From Lingula anatina (lineage: Eukaryota; Animalia; Brachiopoda), in contig CM120646.1 in NCBI GenBank assembly GCA_051362555.1, positions 18,972,001-19,036,000 of the forward strand: a stretch of 64,000 nucleotides of DNA, given 5' to 3'. A program made the translations under genes and the position numbers. The notes under the pieces are model-generated. The model was not told where the DNA came from. It worked only from the letters and a program-made list of their open reading frames with translations, and ran no database searches. Of this stretch, positions 35,877 through 50,300 are shown piece by piece; the first letter of the stretch is position 1, and each line of letters starts with the position of its first letter.

Positions 35877-38060
35877 TTAATATGTAAATCATCAGCAAAT
35901 AAATTGTTTGAAATTATATTTGACCGATTATTAAGGTGCGGTTGTTTAAAATGGGGAGTCAAAGGGGCTTTCACAATGATACGTGCTTTCTCTACACAAG
36001 AAAATTGTCGTTTTGTCCTTTCAAAATATCGAATGACCAATAGAAGAGTAGAGACGACACAAGTGGAACATCCTGGGCAAAAAAAAAAAAAAAACATTCT
36101 TCTTTAATAAGATCCAGTCTTATCATCTTCAATGATGCACAGAATTCAATTTTTGTCCACGTATTTCTTTTTTTAAGATCAGGGCATTTTACAAATAAGT
36201 CGATCAAGTCTGTGAGATTCCAAATACAGGCTAGACAGCAAAACTTAAAATAAAAACTCCTTGATAAAGCTGGATTTGTAAAGGGCCTTCCTTTCTACAA
36301 CTGAATATGGCTTGGCATCCCAAACAAACAAACAAAAAATAAATAAATAAAATGATCAAATAAAACACAGGCAGAAAAAGCAGTAACTTTCGTAAAAAAA
36401 AAAACTAGTTATATACAAAAAGAACCTGCCATAGAAAGACCCTCAGCAAAATTTGAAGTAAAACAAAAATGACAGCTCGGTACTAAATCAGGTGATCGTC
36501 GACAAAATACATCCAAAAATCAACGACCTTTTGAAAAATAATTCCACCTTGCTGATTTTCTGGAAGCTGTTTTTTCAACCAAAGAATGCTACTAGTACTT
36601 AATAAATTTAAAGTAAACAAAAAAGTTTGGTAATTGTTCGGACCCATGTCAGGAACAACACGGACAGACACAGTGATCAGAACATATAAATCTGCACACT
36701 GTATCTGTATATAAGCTTATCCAAGATCTGAGGAAAAGGAGATGGCTACAAAAATTAGCTAGAATATTACCGGATAATATTTATAAAACCTGAACCACAA
36801 AACTTTCACAGGAAGCTATGGCAGTGAATTCCAAGCAGGTCTGTCAAAAATGAAAATTGACTTAGTAAACAAATCTACATTAAAAATATCCCCTACAGTA
36901 ACAAGAAAAATTAAATGCATTCAAATTCTACTTTTTATGGAATATTTGATCAAACAAATGCCTTTCAATTCCGTTTTGTTCATTTTCTATGCACAAGTAA
37001 TAATTACACATGTACTTGATAAGTGTAGTATATACGATTTATATAAATATACTTAATACAAAAGATAAATTACTTTAAACATGAAACAAGACAGCAAAGC
37101 CATAAAGTCTAATATTACCATACCATTCAAAGCACTCAAAAACATCCAGAACTAATTAATATGGTTACTGTATATGTCTTAATTTGTTACATACCTTACA
37201 CTACAAGTTATATGAAGATTGAACATTAATACAATAAATACATATATCTTCAAAACAAAAGACTTTAACTAACCACTATCAATATATGTGATAGGACAAC
37301 TGGCATTGAAGTTATATGCAGATCCAGTGAAGTAAATAAAGGCTATTTTCAGGTTTAGGTAAGGCACAAAAGGAGAAAAGAATTGGTATAGACAATTCTT
37401 CCCCAAGACATAAGTTGCAAATAATTAGGAAGACTAGATATGACAAAAGTCTTTATTTTACTAAACCTGATCAAACACATATAATTTATCGATTGACAAG
37501 AAATAACTCAAATCAAAGAGCACTTTTTCAAATTTTCCTTGTTCACTGAAAACATTTCACCATACAATTTCATTTTTATGGACTTGTAGTGCTGTCATTG
37601 CACAAATGTGCCAAAAGTGCTGTTTATGGTGCTGGGATGTGTCCATAAATCATGGTAAAGTTTATATTTCTTCAAATGTATAGGAAAAGCCCATAAGGGA
37701 TGAATTCCTTTCAAATACTAAGACATGATCTTTACCTGGTTATAATCATTACTTTTATGTATAATAACAAAATTCAGCAGTTATTTCCTGGCACTTATGG
37801 CTAAAAATATCACCTGTGGTAAATATATAAGTCTCTGACCCTAATCTGATGACAATTTTGCATATATTTTTGCTGCCTTTAAAATAATTTCTGAACCAGC
37901 AACACATGTACTCATCTTCTTATATTTTCCTGCAGTGCAAGTCAAATATCTAGGTCACTGCTAAATATAGCTGTTTGAGTGGGTCCTACTGCTTCATTTT
38001 TACTTTGGCATTATTTGGCGGTTTCCTGTTCATTTCACAGATGTAGCTAACCCTACATCT

Positions 38061-39424
38061 TTAGTCCTTGCCTGAAATATCATGTTTAACTTCAGATCTA
38101 AATATTTGAGTCTCTTTACTGTTTGCAACAGGTCCATGTGATCTGTCATTTTGCCAAGTACACGAACTTTGTTCAGTTGTCTCTAACCTTTTAGATACAG
38201 TCCGTTTGTTGGCCTCACTGTCACTTTTTGTGCCACCCTCGCTGTCAGTTTGGTTTTTAGGCTCTCTGTTCCCATAGGCATTGTATGGAAGAGTGTAAGT
38301 ATTGCTCTCTTCAGTTTCTGCATTGTTACCATGCAGAACAAACTGCCAGTGAGCTTCCATTAACCTCCTACAGGCAGCCTCGTCTTGGAAGGGATTCTCT
38401 GGGAACTGAGATTTCAGCCATTTTCTTTCCTGAAGTAGATGACCAGTAGATATGTAAGATGATGGACGTTACCAGACTGCTTCTGATTACATTGTAGCAT
38501 CAAAAACAAGGGTTGGGAGGTGAATTGTAATACCACAAGTGATGTACAAAAGTTAATATTTTTTTCGTTGCTATGAATTCTTATCATGTATGAATATTGC
38601 ACATACCAAACAGTACTGAATTAAGCTACAAAATATGTCCACAACTTGCTTTAATTTATGGAAGAGACAAACTTCTTACCTGTTCTAGCTGTTCCTCCTC
38701 GTAGTTACCAAGCTGTCTCTGAAAGCCAAAGTTTGGGTTGGCACACTGGCGAGCACCTCTCACTGCCTTCAGGGTGTCCCTCCAACCAAGATTTGTCACT
38801 GTCATCAGATATGCCACTGTCACTGTCACACTTCGTGACACACCTGCTAAACTGGAATGATAGTATATAAGGTTATAGGTGTTGCTATGAGCCCACATCA
38901 GCTAATACAATGATTACAAAATGTGAAAGACTAGAATCTGCTTTAACTAAGACACATTGAGAATGGAAAATTTGTTCAAGTTATGTAAAGATTGTTCAAT
39001 TTCAGATATCACAAAGGAAAAAATCTGTTCTGGAACAAGATTTGTTCAAGATAAATGATAAGGTGAGTTGATAATAAGATGACAAGTTACGTGCAGTCTA
39101 CCATATTTAGAATGACTACTGCAATTTGCAGTGTAACAATAAATTTCTTCTACTACTTCACATTGATTTTGGCTTAAAATAGGATTTAGTAAATAAGAAA
39201 AAATTATAAGACAGTTGAAGTAAACTGTGTTTACTACCAATGAACTAGCACTGATCCTCCTGAGAGTCTGGCAGCATGGATGAACTCATTGCACTGTCTG
39301 AAGAACTGACTCAGGTCCTGAGCTGCATTGTCACTTGCCTTTACACACAGATACTCCTTGTCCTGAAACACAATAATAATAATAATAATTCACAACTTGT
39401 TAATTCCAAGAAATACTGAACAAG

Positions 39425-39476
<52 letters not shown>

Positions 39477-40728
39477 CATAAGTTATAAGAAATTAAATAC
39501 ATAACTTGCAAATGTTCTAAAACATTGAATGATACAAAGAACATATAAACAAAAAAGGAAATACTATGCTTACAGTAAGACAAAGTCACAACAATCTCAA
39601 GGTCTTTGCACTAGTGACTGCTACTACTTACATCATGTAACTTCTTAGCCATGTCATGTATAGACAGAATATGTGTTATGTTATTACTGTCAAGCCGTTT
39701 ACGATCTTGGGCATCTCGGATATTACCCACATAGAGCCCTTCTACAATCTGAAAAGGAAATAATATTTTATAAGGAAAATATCCAGTTCTTTTTTATCTA
39801 AGCAGAAGGTACACTGTATATCATAATAATCGGAAATATTGTTCCAAAGCACTTTTACATGCATTACATGATTATATATTCACTATTGTGCTAAAGTCCA
39901 AAAAGAAAATGATACATGTAAGTAAGTTTTTCCTGTTAATTTCTTTTTATGTTATATGTTTCACACTATGAGTTACATTAATTTTGATCCATGAAATTGT
40001 CATTGACCACAATCTGTCATGTAACTGAGCACTGACAGAAGAAAAAGATTTACATTAGCCATTAGTTTAGTAACAAATGATATGACCTTGTATAAAAATA
40101 CATGTTGAACCTCTTACTAGTGCATTGAAAACATATGACTCATCCATGACAAGCAATGAGAAATCTATGAAATATGTCCCATAACTACTTAGTAGATATG
40201 ATGAGTTACATTAATCAGAGGCTACCATTCTCTTTCTTTCTTAAAATGAATGTGATTTATATAGATCTTGATCTACATAGAGAACTCATGACCAATTAAA
40301 TGTACATCCATATATTTATCCATTCAAAGCAATGGCAAAGCAATGCGTACAGGTGAATGCTTGTAATTGTCACACGCACCAGTACAACAAAATATTATCC
40401 AGCTACTAGTATGACGTACACTGTACTACAGGGAAATGATTGAGAGAAAGTGCCAAGCAAAAGAAAACCAACTGTGTCCTGAAGGAAGAGATTGTTCAAT
40501 ATACAGAATTATATAAACTGGAGTACTTCTGGATCCCATAAATGCACAGATGAACGTTGAAATGACGGATTTGATCAGTAGTTGTCACTATCTTTTATCG
40601 TGGAGTCGTGCCTTACGATGTTATGGCGACGTCGATAGAAAAATCCAAGAAAACTTCAGCCGGCGCCTTATCACTACTGACAACTATAGTGCCTTTTAAA
40701 AACCCACCTTGTTCATTCCATTTCCCAT
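38061..40728 (-). CDS. DUSP22: Dual-specificity protein phosphatase 22/15-like; exons 40728-40708, 39748-39632, 39362-39238, 38851-38680, 38429-38061; 267 aa
   Basis: N-terminus MGNGMNK (myristoylation-type), GLYVGNIRDA, ITHILSIHD, catalytic VHCLAGVSRS, AYLM and R.CANPNFGF.RQL motifs; all splice phases consistent. Confidence 0.93.
39427..39473. repeat. (AAT)n microsatellite in DUSP intron
   Basis: Directly visible. Confidence 0.95.
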
Positions 40729-41425
40729 CCTTGGAGGCTACTTTAATATCCTTGCAAATAGCGTCTGATGCATTCAACTCCAGTTTGCCAGAATTTCATG
40801 TTTCTTCAAGATGATTCATTTGACACTGGTGCTGTTCGGCGGTACTTAATAAAGTCGTAAATAGTAATGTCGTAAAACTTCACCAAACACGACTTTGTCA
40901 TGAAACTTAAGAAACATATCACGTAAAGGAAATATTCAAAATTTCAATTATAAGGGAGACTTATTAAGCTTTGATATTTGATTATTTTTCAAATCGGGCA
41001 TTAAGCATTCTGCTTTATGTAAGTACCTACTTAGGGGAAGATACTACTGGAGGTAGCCTGAAGATATGCTATATCAGGCCAAAAGAAAATGTCAGGCCAG
41101 TTGCAAGAGGTCATCTCAGACCTTCGCTGTCGAAATTTAAACACAGAAATACGAGGCAGCTACTGGGGCTACTATGTCATTGTGATATTTATTTATTTAT
41201 TTACTTATTGGTAAATTTAGTAGAATCGAGAGGGCTTAAAACCTTGAAAGTTTTTCTAACCGTTAATAATCCCAAACCGCAAAATTACACGGATAAGAGT
41301 GGCAACTGCAGCAGATCCTATGATTTCAAAATAAGGTGTTGGTTTGGGACCAAGGTCTATCACCCACACACACACATGCACAAAATAAATAAATAAATAG
41401 TCGATTTTGGGGACCGTGTCACAGT

Positions 41426-41459
<34 letters not shown>

Positions 41460-42797
41460 TTACTCTTACAGATTTCTTAATTTATTAAGTAAACATACCG
41501 TTATGTAAAATATTTCGTCCATTTCACGGAGGCATATTAGGAACATTTGTCTCAACCAGGATCAACTGACGCAATCAGGACTAATGGTGTTAGAATTCTA
41601 TAGCCAACTGTTGCAATTTCTTTTTATATCGTGTGTTAGCATTTTATTATGTTGCGCCTGATAAAATGAAAGGGCGAACTTTTAAGAATGGTAATAATAA
41701 CGAAAATGAAAAGCCAAAAAACAGGAACAAATAGCAAAACTTATCAAAGGTAACCAATCAGGTTCTCTTTCACAGGACTAGACCTAGGTTTTACTAGACC
41801 TTAAAAATAATGCGGAGGATAAAACTTTGGATTATAATGGATCTTGCTCTGCACATAACCTTTGATTGACTGCCTTTGTCTCAGGTGCGTTTGGTGTTAT
41901 CAAGATAGCACCCAGTCTTCTGCTTGACTGGCAACATTCACCTCGACTAGCTGTAAGCTTGGGGACGAACCATCAAAAAAGCGTGGGCTATTCAGCCGTG
42001 TGAGGAAGAGTTTGCCCCCTTGCTTTCTGCCCTTATGACTGACTTAGTTGAAAAAAGGGTGGGTTGGAGTAAGATCCTTTTCCCCCTGGCTCCGACGGCT
42101 TAATTTTAAAGATGCATCACGAGATTTATATAATGTCACGAAAAATTGAACGTTTCAATTTAACCTCTCCCTTATTTTGTGATGTCTATATTTAGAAATC
42201 AAGCTGTATGTTGTATGCCTTCAGAATTCACGACTGTCTGGTATCTTCTATGCACAGTCTGGGCACTTAGTTGGACATGTGCACGTTAGCCAGAGTTCCC
42301 AGTGCCTATATCCCGCGAGGTATCAATCTGACATTTACTTTCCAAGGCAGACATATTTCTTCGTTGCGTAAGCGATGAGGTTCTTGGAAGTAATCGTGTA
42401 CTTGTCTGACTTGTATACAGAGCCGCATATCATTAAATAAGGGAAAACAGGCAACATTTTTGAATATTATCAGATGTTGCACTTGGTAATGTCAGTTTGT
42501 TTCTTGTCTTTGTGTAATTATCGTGAGTGCACAACAAGAAAATAAATCAACGATTTGCTGTATGTTTTCTGTTATGCAAAGACAACGGGCACCTGACGTC
42601 ATTATGACGTAAATACATAACGTCGAGTCGACGTTGTGTCCGTGATGGACAGGACATCACAATGATCTTATTTCAAACAGCCAAAAATTAAAACGAATTA
42701 ATATGTCACGAAAAGTGATCTAGTGTTCCAGGGACGTGATGTGTGACTCTTTAAGCTCTGTTCTGTGTCATGGTGCTGTGAATTTTGCATCATGGTG

Positions 42798-42976
42798 CAG
42801 GGGCGGATCCAGAGATATTTTCTGACAGTCTTCCAAATTATCTTTGTTGATCCATCCTCGTTTTTGACCGTCTTCCGGCAGAAAAAGTTAGATACCCGTC
42901 TATATAAAATCTTGAAAAGACTTGAAATTCTGACCGTCTTCCGGAAGACCCAGAAGACTGCCTAAATCCGCCCCTG
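42798..42976. mobile_element. 179-bp MITE with CAGGGGCGGAT termini
   Basis: CAGGGGCGGATCCAG ... CTAAATCCGCCCCTG, flanked by TGGTG on both sides, with internal TGACCGTCTTCCGG repeats. Confidence 0.75.
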
Positions 42977-45136
42977 TGGTGTACCAAATGAATACATAAA
43001 TATTGGGAAACAAAAAGAAAATTTGATAAATTATGGACGGATATGTGGATATAGCCTAGTTCAGACAGACAATTTGAGAAAAGTGTCTAGATCTTTAAGT
43101 CATGACACTCAAAGGTAGGCAAATTATTATACACTGTATGAGCATTTGAAAATACGTGATATTATTCTTTTTGAACTTCGATTTCTAACCAATAGACTTC
43201 TTAGTACTGGGTTTAGTGAACTATTGAAAAATGAACATTCAACTGCAAATACTGCAAAAAAAAAAAAGTGTGACAAGTCATCGATTCTGGAGAATATTGG
43301 GTACTTTCCGCTGCAATAAATAACCACTTGTGATGGCTAGCGGATGGTATATTTCTTGTAAAAGATTAAACAGACTGGAACATCATAGAACGTCTTGGTA
43401 ATAAGCCAATGTTTGCTTAAAGCAGTGTGAAAAACTTTTTTATGAGTTCCCAGGATGTAGATATCAAAATAGATATAGCAATAAGCCGTGCAAAGAATGA
43501 TCTTTCTTGCTTTCTTTTCTGAAAGTGCGCCATAAATACTCTTCTCCTAACGATCTTTCTACCTTGAACTTGAATGAACTTTTAAGAGGGGAACTTTCAA
43601 AGTAGCTTGAAGACAAAAGTTTTCATTTGAATTTTATAGATGTAATATTGCTACACATTAGACGTAGTTTTGATTTATCTTTAAACGCTACCCTATGACG
43701 AACGTAATCAGTGTTTTGGGTAGAATTGTGAATACTCGATAACTAGTGTCACTTCAATTCGCAAAATTTGCAATTTTTCAAATTTTTCTTTTTTTTTCTG
43801 TGAAAAGAAGAGACGATGATTGATATCGGGTGATTGCGCTTTTCTTAATTATACGTTCAATTAACTGAAGTCCATTGTAAAGATATCGAGAAATGGAGGT
43901 ATACTTCATTTGCTTCTAAACAACTACCGAAAATTTTCGAGGAGGCAATGGTAAGGAAATAAGTGGCGCTCTTATCAGATAGCTGCCTCAGTGTAATTTA
44001 GTAGACGGCAGTTCAGATGGAACGTTCTACCTTTGTGGGACTTTTTATTAATTTCCTGATAGCGTAGTTTGTAAACGTGAAATTATATCAAGTAATCTTA
44101 GGAAGTTAATTTGTAACTTGATTTGTGACGAAAGAAAATATAATATACAGCATAGGAGGTGGATGCAACATTTTTTTCAGTATTTTGACCGTAAATCTGA
44201 CCTTACTGTTAGTCATCCTAATCTTATGTAATACAACGACCCGCTGAGTAACATAAATCTGGCCGCTGGCCCATGCCTATTCCTGGACAACAGTCAGCTG
44301 ATGCATAAGAAAAGGTATCCGCTTTTTATAGAAAGAACCTTGGTGGTTCCGCACATAAAACATGATAACATACATACTGGTGAAGAAAAAAAGGGAAACG
44401 TCATCTGCAAGTTCTTGTAAAACTATACATCAAAGCGGGAGCAGGAGGTGGCTTCACTCAATGTCTGTATGATCTATAGTCTATCCACTTTTGACGTTCT
44501 TCGTATTTCAGTCCTGAGTCAGACACATATATACCTATAGGAAAACGATCAAATGCGCCCTGGTCCATAAATAATAAAACGTGATTAACATTGTTTATCC
44601 CTAGGCTAAATGTGCTTTATTTGTTTTTATATTCCACATGGAAAAATAACCATTTCGCAGATAAATAGAGCAAAAACTGTCTGAAAAAAGCATATGCTCA
44701 TGCGGTTATTTCTCTTCTTAGGCCCTGTTGGCACTAGCATGAATTCTCAGAATATCGGCGCAGATAACAAGCTGCTTCTAACCCGAGGTAGTTTTTCCTC
44801 GCAAATACTTCATTGAGGTTCCAAGAGGGAGTTCGACGGGACCCTTGTCAGTTGAAACACGCTTTTTCGATCCTGTACAAATTGTACAAATTGCTGTAAG
44901 TCTACCTGTACCTCAGTTTTTTTTCTAAGTGAGCTTACATGAGTCACAATCTGAAAAAGGCAGACATATTAATCATAATATGGATCAGCTTGATTAGGGC
45001 ACCTAAAGCAACTTGTAAAGAGGAGCGTTAGTGCCTAGAAACTATTTCTGGCTGCTGCCGCAACAAAACGTCAGCATCAGTATCCCTAACAGAACCTCTC
45101 GACTTGAAGGGTTGAACGTCCCAACACGTGGCGGAG

Positions 45137-47260
45137 ATGGCCAGTGAGGGCCAGGTTCCGGTCCCTGAGAGACCGCTGGACACCAGCAATATGTCTCTAC
45201 TGCAATATCTATGGAAACGGAGGCAAATACTTGACGAGGTGAGTGGGAAAGTGGGCTTGAATCTGTTCCAATTACAGGGAGGAAAGCTGTTTCTCTTCAG
45301 ATTTGTGTTTTCTTGCCGCGCTGTAAATTGCGCAAAAGTGAAAGATAATGCTGACAGACAGAATATTGCTTTTCTTCGTATGTTTTGAGGTAGCTGACTA
45401 AAATTCACGGAATTGAAAAAACTTGAAGAGTTAAATTTATTTCAGTTTCAAATGTCGAGTGATCCAATAACCAGTAAAAACCATATCTGCCTGTCGAGCA
45501 TAGTGCCTTAAAATTATCTATGGCCCTAGTAACATTTTATGTTTACAACACTGCAGAACCAATGTAGGCCTATCCGTAGCGTTTCGAACACGATTTCACA
45601 GGCTCTTACCGATGAAAAACTCAATTAAATCCCCGTTTCTGCAGCTCAATTTAAGAAGAAAAAAACGCGCCTCATTTAAAAATGAAAATCAAATAGCAAG
45701 AACAAAGTAAGTTTAAAATCTTGTCACTTATCAAACTCATTATCTCATCCGAGATAGTTAACATGACTTTGGAATAAGGGGAACATATCGTCCTTGAAAA
45801 AGGCAAACCTAAACGCGTTAGACATTGTATAAAAGTCTGAAAAAAACATTACATTTTGTCGAATATTCTAGCCATGAAAAGCATTAAAATTTTGTTGAAT
45901 ATTCTTGTCATAAAACAGTGACGAACCCGTTCGTCCTTTACGCCGTACAGGTATTGCATTCAGAATACATAAGGCGCTTCGTTTCTTGGTGTAATTGAAT
46001 AGACACCATATCAGCTCAGATATCCTTGCCAAGCTGAATGTAACCTTTCTAAGAGGGTGCGATGCTTTTCACCTGCTTTTCGGGAAAGGGCGGATTTATT
46101 TCTATCAGTCGAATTGATGATACGGCAATTCTAGAAACGCGGCCTGTTTCTTTTAATGCCTTGAAAAACCATGTGGCGTAGTCTTGTATTGCTGACAGCG
46201 GGTTAACACGGTAGTACATGTATCACCACTGTGTGTATCTCCGTGAATATAATTAATCTATGGTGTCAATACTGTTTGTTTCCCCCTGAATAGATATTAA
46301 TCTTTATTGAACAGGTAAATCACTGTATGGCCATGGCTTCAAAGGTCATGTTACTATATAAAAAAGACATTTATTATACATATTAAATTTTCCAGGCGGA
46401 ATAAATTGTTGACTGAAAAATGTATGACTGTGTTCAGTCGAGAAAAATTTTATTCATTTATTAATCTATTTATTTATTCCCGCATCTTTTATATCATTTC
46501 ATCGCATTCTGTTTCTCACTGATATTTTTTTCCGTTTTTCCAACAAGCAATATTTGTATTTATTTAATTTCTGCTATTTGAATTTAATTAAATGTCTGTT
46601 TTCCTGTATGATACCCCTAACTTATTTCTTCTAATAACCCTGACATAAAACTACTAGTAGAGCTTCAAGTGTAGTGGAATTCACATTGTTTTCCCGCTAT
46701 ACTATGTTCACAAATGCAAAGCGAAATGTAGACATAAAGTGGAGTAGGTGGGTTGTGCATGCAAGTTCGGGGGTGTTCCCGGGTCGTTACGCGGTCAAAT
46801 TACTTGGTAGACGGCTGTGAGACGCTTTGAAGTGATGACCACCTGGGTGAAACGCGGTGTTACTTCCTCTGTAGTAGCACCTGTCCTTTCCAGTAGACCG
46901 GTGTTCATAAGGCGATTATTAAAATATACGCAAGCTGTAAAGACAACCACTCAGTCCGATCCCTTGTTCCCCCTTCACTTCCAGTCTGGAAACAATTCGT
47001 TTTGTTTTGCAGTCCGGTGAGCACGGTCCCTCCCCACCCCTCTCTTGGGTTCTACCTACTCTCTGACCACTGTAGCCTAGCACAAGTAGTCTGTTACAAT
47101 TTAAAAAAAAAAAAATTGTATGCTAGTTTAAATATCCCTGATATCAAAGTGCAGATTCTGCTCAGGCTTTCAAGCGCCACTAGTAAATACATCAACCATA
47201 TTGATGAGATATAGTAAATGGAATAAATGCGGCTATGCTATAGCCCAGGGTTTATAGTCA

Positions 47261-47314
<54 letters not shown>

Positions 47315-50300
47315 TTTCACAATCAACCTCTTCAGGGTATCTGATGTATAATTGCATTGTCGATTAGCAGAAACAAGTAAGACGTTGGTGGCGTTTGATT
47401 TATTTCACATCAGCTGGATGGAAAACATAAAATACAGGGTGGTTATTATTATTATTATTATTTCATTAGGGAATGCAGGTGTATTGATATGTTCATATAC
47501 ATATTTTATATTTATTTATATAAATGCATACCCCATGGATGTGGGGGTACTCTTAAGCCATCTTTCTCTATCAATTCAGTATGCTTCGTAGCTGATATGC
47601 TGTATGTATAAATCCCAGCGCGTTCATGGATGGTATTAATTGTACAGAAAAAAATTCTGGGGCAGCATTTTGGTATGGGATATTTTGCGATTTCATCCAA
47701 CGTATCTGTTGTAAACAACGTAGTCGTTGTAAACTGTTAAGAAAAATGTGCTAGAGTTTGAATAATAAACTGCAGACTGCACTCTTAAATTCCCCTTCAA
47801 ACCCAATTTAGTTGAATTATACAAATTAAGTTTCCATTAAAAGGCTTATACACTCGGGATTGCACATTAAATACCTGGCAGAGGTTAATGTGCGCCTCGT
47901 TTCCAGTGTTCTTACCGCTTGTCCATGCAGTACCTAAATCGAGGCTGGTGTGTGATGAACTATCCAGGTGTGCAAATAACCCACCTGCCGGGATGAACAC
48001 CCTCTGCAAGCAGTTTTGCTTTTCTCAAGTCTTAATACAGCATGTGGAACATAATCCGCAAGCTGTAAACTGGTAGAAATATGAACCTCGGAAAAGGAAC
48101 AGGATAAAAATAGGTCCGTTGTCGCCGTACGTGTGAGGTGGGTTATACTTCCTCAAGCAGCTGATGAGTTTAGATTAATCAAGACAGGCATTTCATCGGA
48201 AGCACCGAGGAACGTTTTTATTGATCTGGCACAAAATTACACGGAGGTCATAAAAAGAGGATTTACAGTACATCAACAATTTTCGAGAACATTTAGCGTA
48301 GGAAGATAGCCCGGGACGTAAGGTTCTCTCATCGGTTCATTTAATACAGCTGTAGGCAGGTTGGGAGAGAACGCAACGCAGCCTGGTTGTTTCGGGAAGA
48401 TGTCCCTCTTCAAATTTGTTCGAAAACGGAGGGAAATAGAGGATGAAGTGAGTATGAATTTCTACCATTTCGAGTGCCCATTTCGAGTGCCAGAACTGCA
48501 GTGCTGGATATGCACGCTCATTTCTTTATTGCAACCCAAAGTAAAGGTTGGGGTTGGTATTTGGACGAGGTCGCGCATTCCAGGTAAGCAGGCGGTCCAC
48601 CTGCCCCTTGCGCTCGTATTTATTCATAGATGCACAGGGAGTCTGTGCACTTCAGCGATAAGGTTTCAGAGCTCAATCCTTTGTATAATATGATGAATAT
48701 TGCAACGCATTTTTCGCTGGCATCGAATCAGGACGGGGAAACTACCTTGAACTTGAATGTATACACGTTCAATATGTTTATTCCAAAGCGGTTACTCCTG
48801 TTCAGGTACCCTGTTTAGTTTAAACACCAGTCCGAAGCATGTGACCGTAAGCTGTTTTAAACAAACAGCCTCCCTCTCCAATATTGCCTACTTCAAGGGC
48901 GGTTCAAGGGGTGGTTCACAGTGGCCCATATGCACCCCCCCCCCCAACTCCCGGCGCTAATTATGCTTCGCACGTGGTCCCTTCTCCCCCTTCTCCCTCC
49001 GAAATGAACAGACTAACGAAGCATTCTCATCCTTTTGTCCTACATGTTACATATATTATAGTAAAACTGCATGTGACTACTGCTCAACATTTGTCGAAGT
49101 TAAGCAAAACTTATTTATCCCCCCCCCCCCCTCCAAAAAAAGTCCCTATTATGTATATTTAGGTTCTGTTAATTCGGCCTACCTACGTCTATGAGTTCAT
49201 CGTTGTTGAATATATAGATTCTTGAAAATGTATGCTAAGATAGAAGTTGGGTATTGAAGCAACATCTCCACTCACGTTCTAAAACACATTGCTTAAGACA
49301 CGTATGTATACGGTATATCAATAACGAAAACCAAGTCAAGACCGTATATGGAAAACGAAGTATATCGTTTATGCTGACATGGAGCCGAGCTGGAATTTGA
49401 TTCAAAGGGACTGAGCATTATCTAAGCAGAAGTGGATTATACGCAACGCTAAAAGCGGAATGTAACTGAAACGACAATTCCCTAAAGTGTGCCCTGGGTT
49501 TCAGATCCTTTTCAGAAGTTTTTGTTGTCAGTTGACGGGAATTAGTCCTCTTCTTGGCCCGAATTGGATTGAGACCACCAGGATATCAATTCTGAAAATG
49601 ATTCAACAAAATTGTTTTAGAGCACTCAAGTCTTCTGCGTTAAAGCAGTACGTGTAATTATGAGTATGAAAGCCAGCGTGCGTTTCCCCTATGTGTACAA
49701 TTACGGACTAAACGGCCTCGCGACGGTTTCAAATAGATATATTTTACCTGAAAAGTTACCAGCAATAGATGTCATTTTCTTTCCACACATCAGTATTTCT
49801 GCATCCTGAGTTACAGAAATTATTGGAAAACCGCCACTATTTCAGTTTGCATATGGAACGGTAATGGAGAGCGCATGTTGATTAAGATAGGTTACATTAT
49901 TTACCGCCAGGACTCTTAACTCAGGGTGAATTCTGTTGGCAGATGGGAAGGCCATAAGTCTTGTCTGGATCAGCGATGTTTGTATGTAATATGCTTCCAC
50001 TTGCAGGGAAGTGGGCATTGAAATATTGTCCACTTGCAAATGCTTGTAGTACTTCTTTATTTAGTGTGGCGGTATTTAATGATGAGGCTGAAACATAGGA
50101 GGGAGCACTACCCTATGGACAGAACTCACATTCAGCATGGTTGAAAGAGTACATGGATTTTACATCTTATCTCTCTGAGGGACTGCTAAACCTGATATTA
50201 ACCGCAGTATAGAAAGCCATTAAGACATACCAATGTATAACGAGAGAAACATCTCTTATTTGGCAATGGACTGTTTTGAGTGTCGTGTGAAAATTTCTTG

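Noticed and set aside
47013-47016. Apparent 4-nt micro-exon (TTTTGCAG|TCCG|GTGAG) in the coiled-coil gene
   Set aside because: It would break the frame between phase-0 exons, and there is no supporting evidence.
50079-50094. ATGATGAGGCTGAAAC resembling a hammerhead ribozyme core (also CTGATGA near 9832 and 48161)
   Set aside because: The first lacks the CUGA core, and none has a properly placed GAAA with flanking stems.
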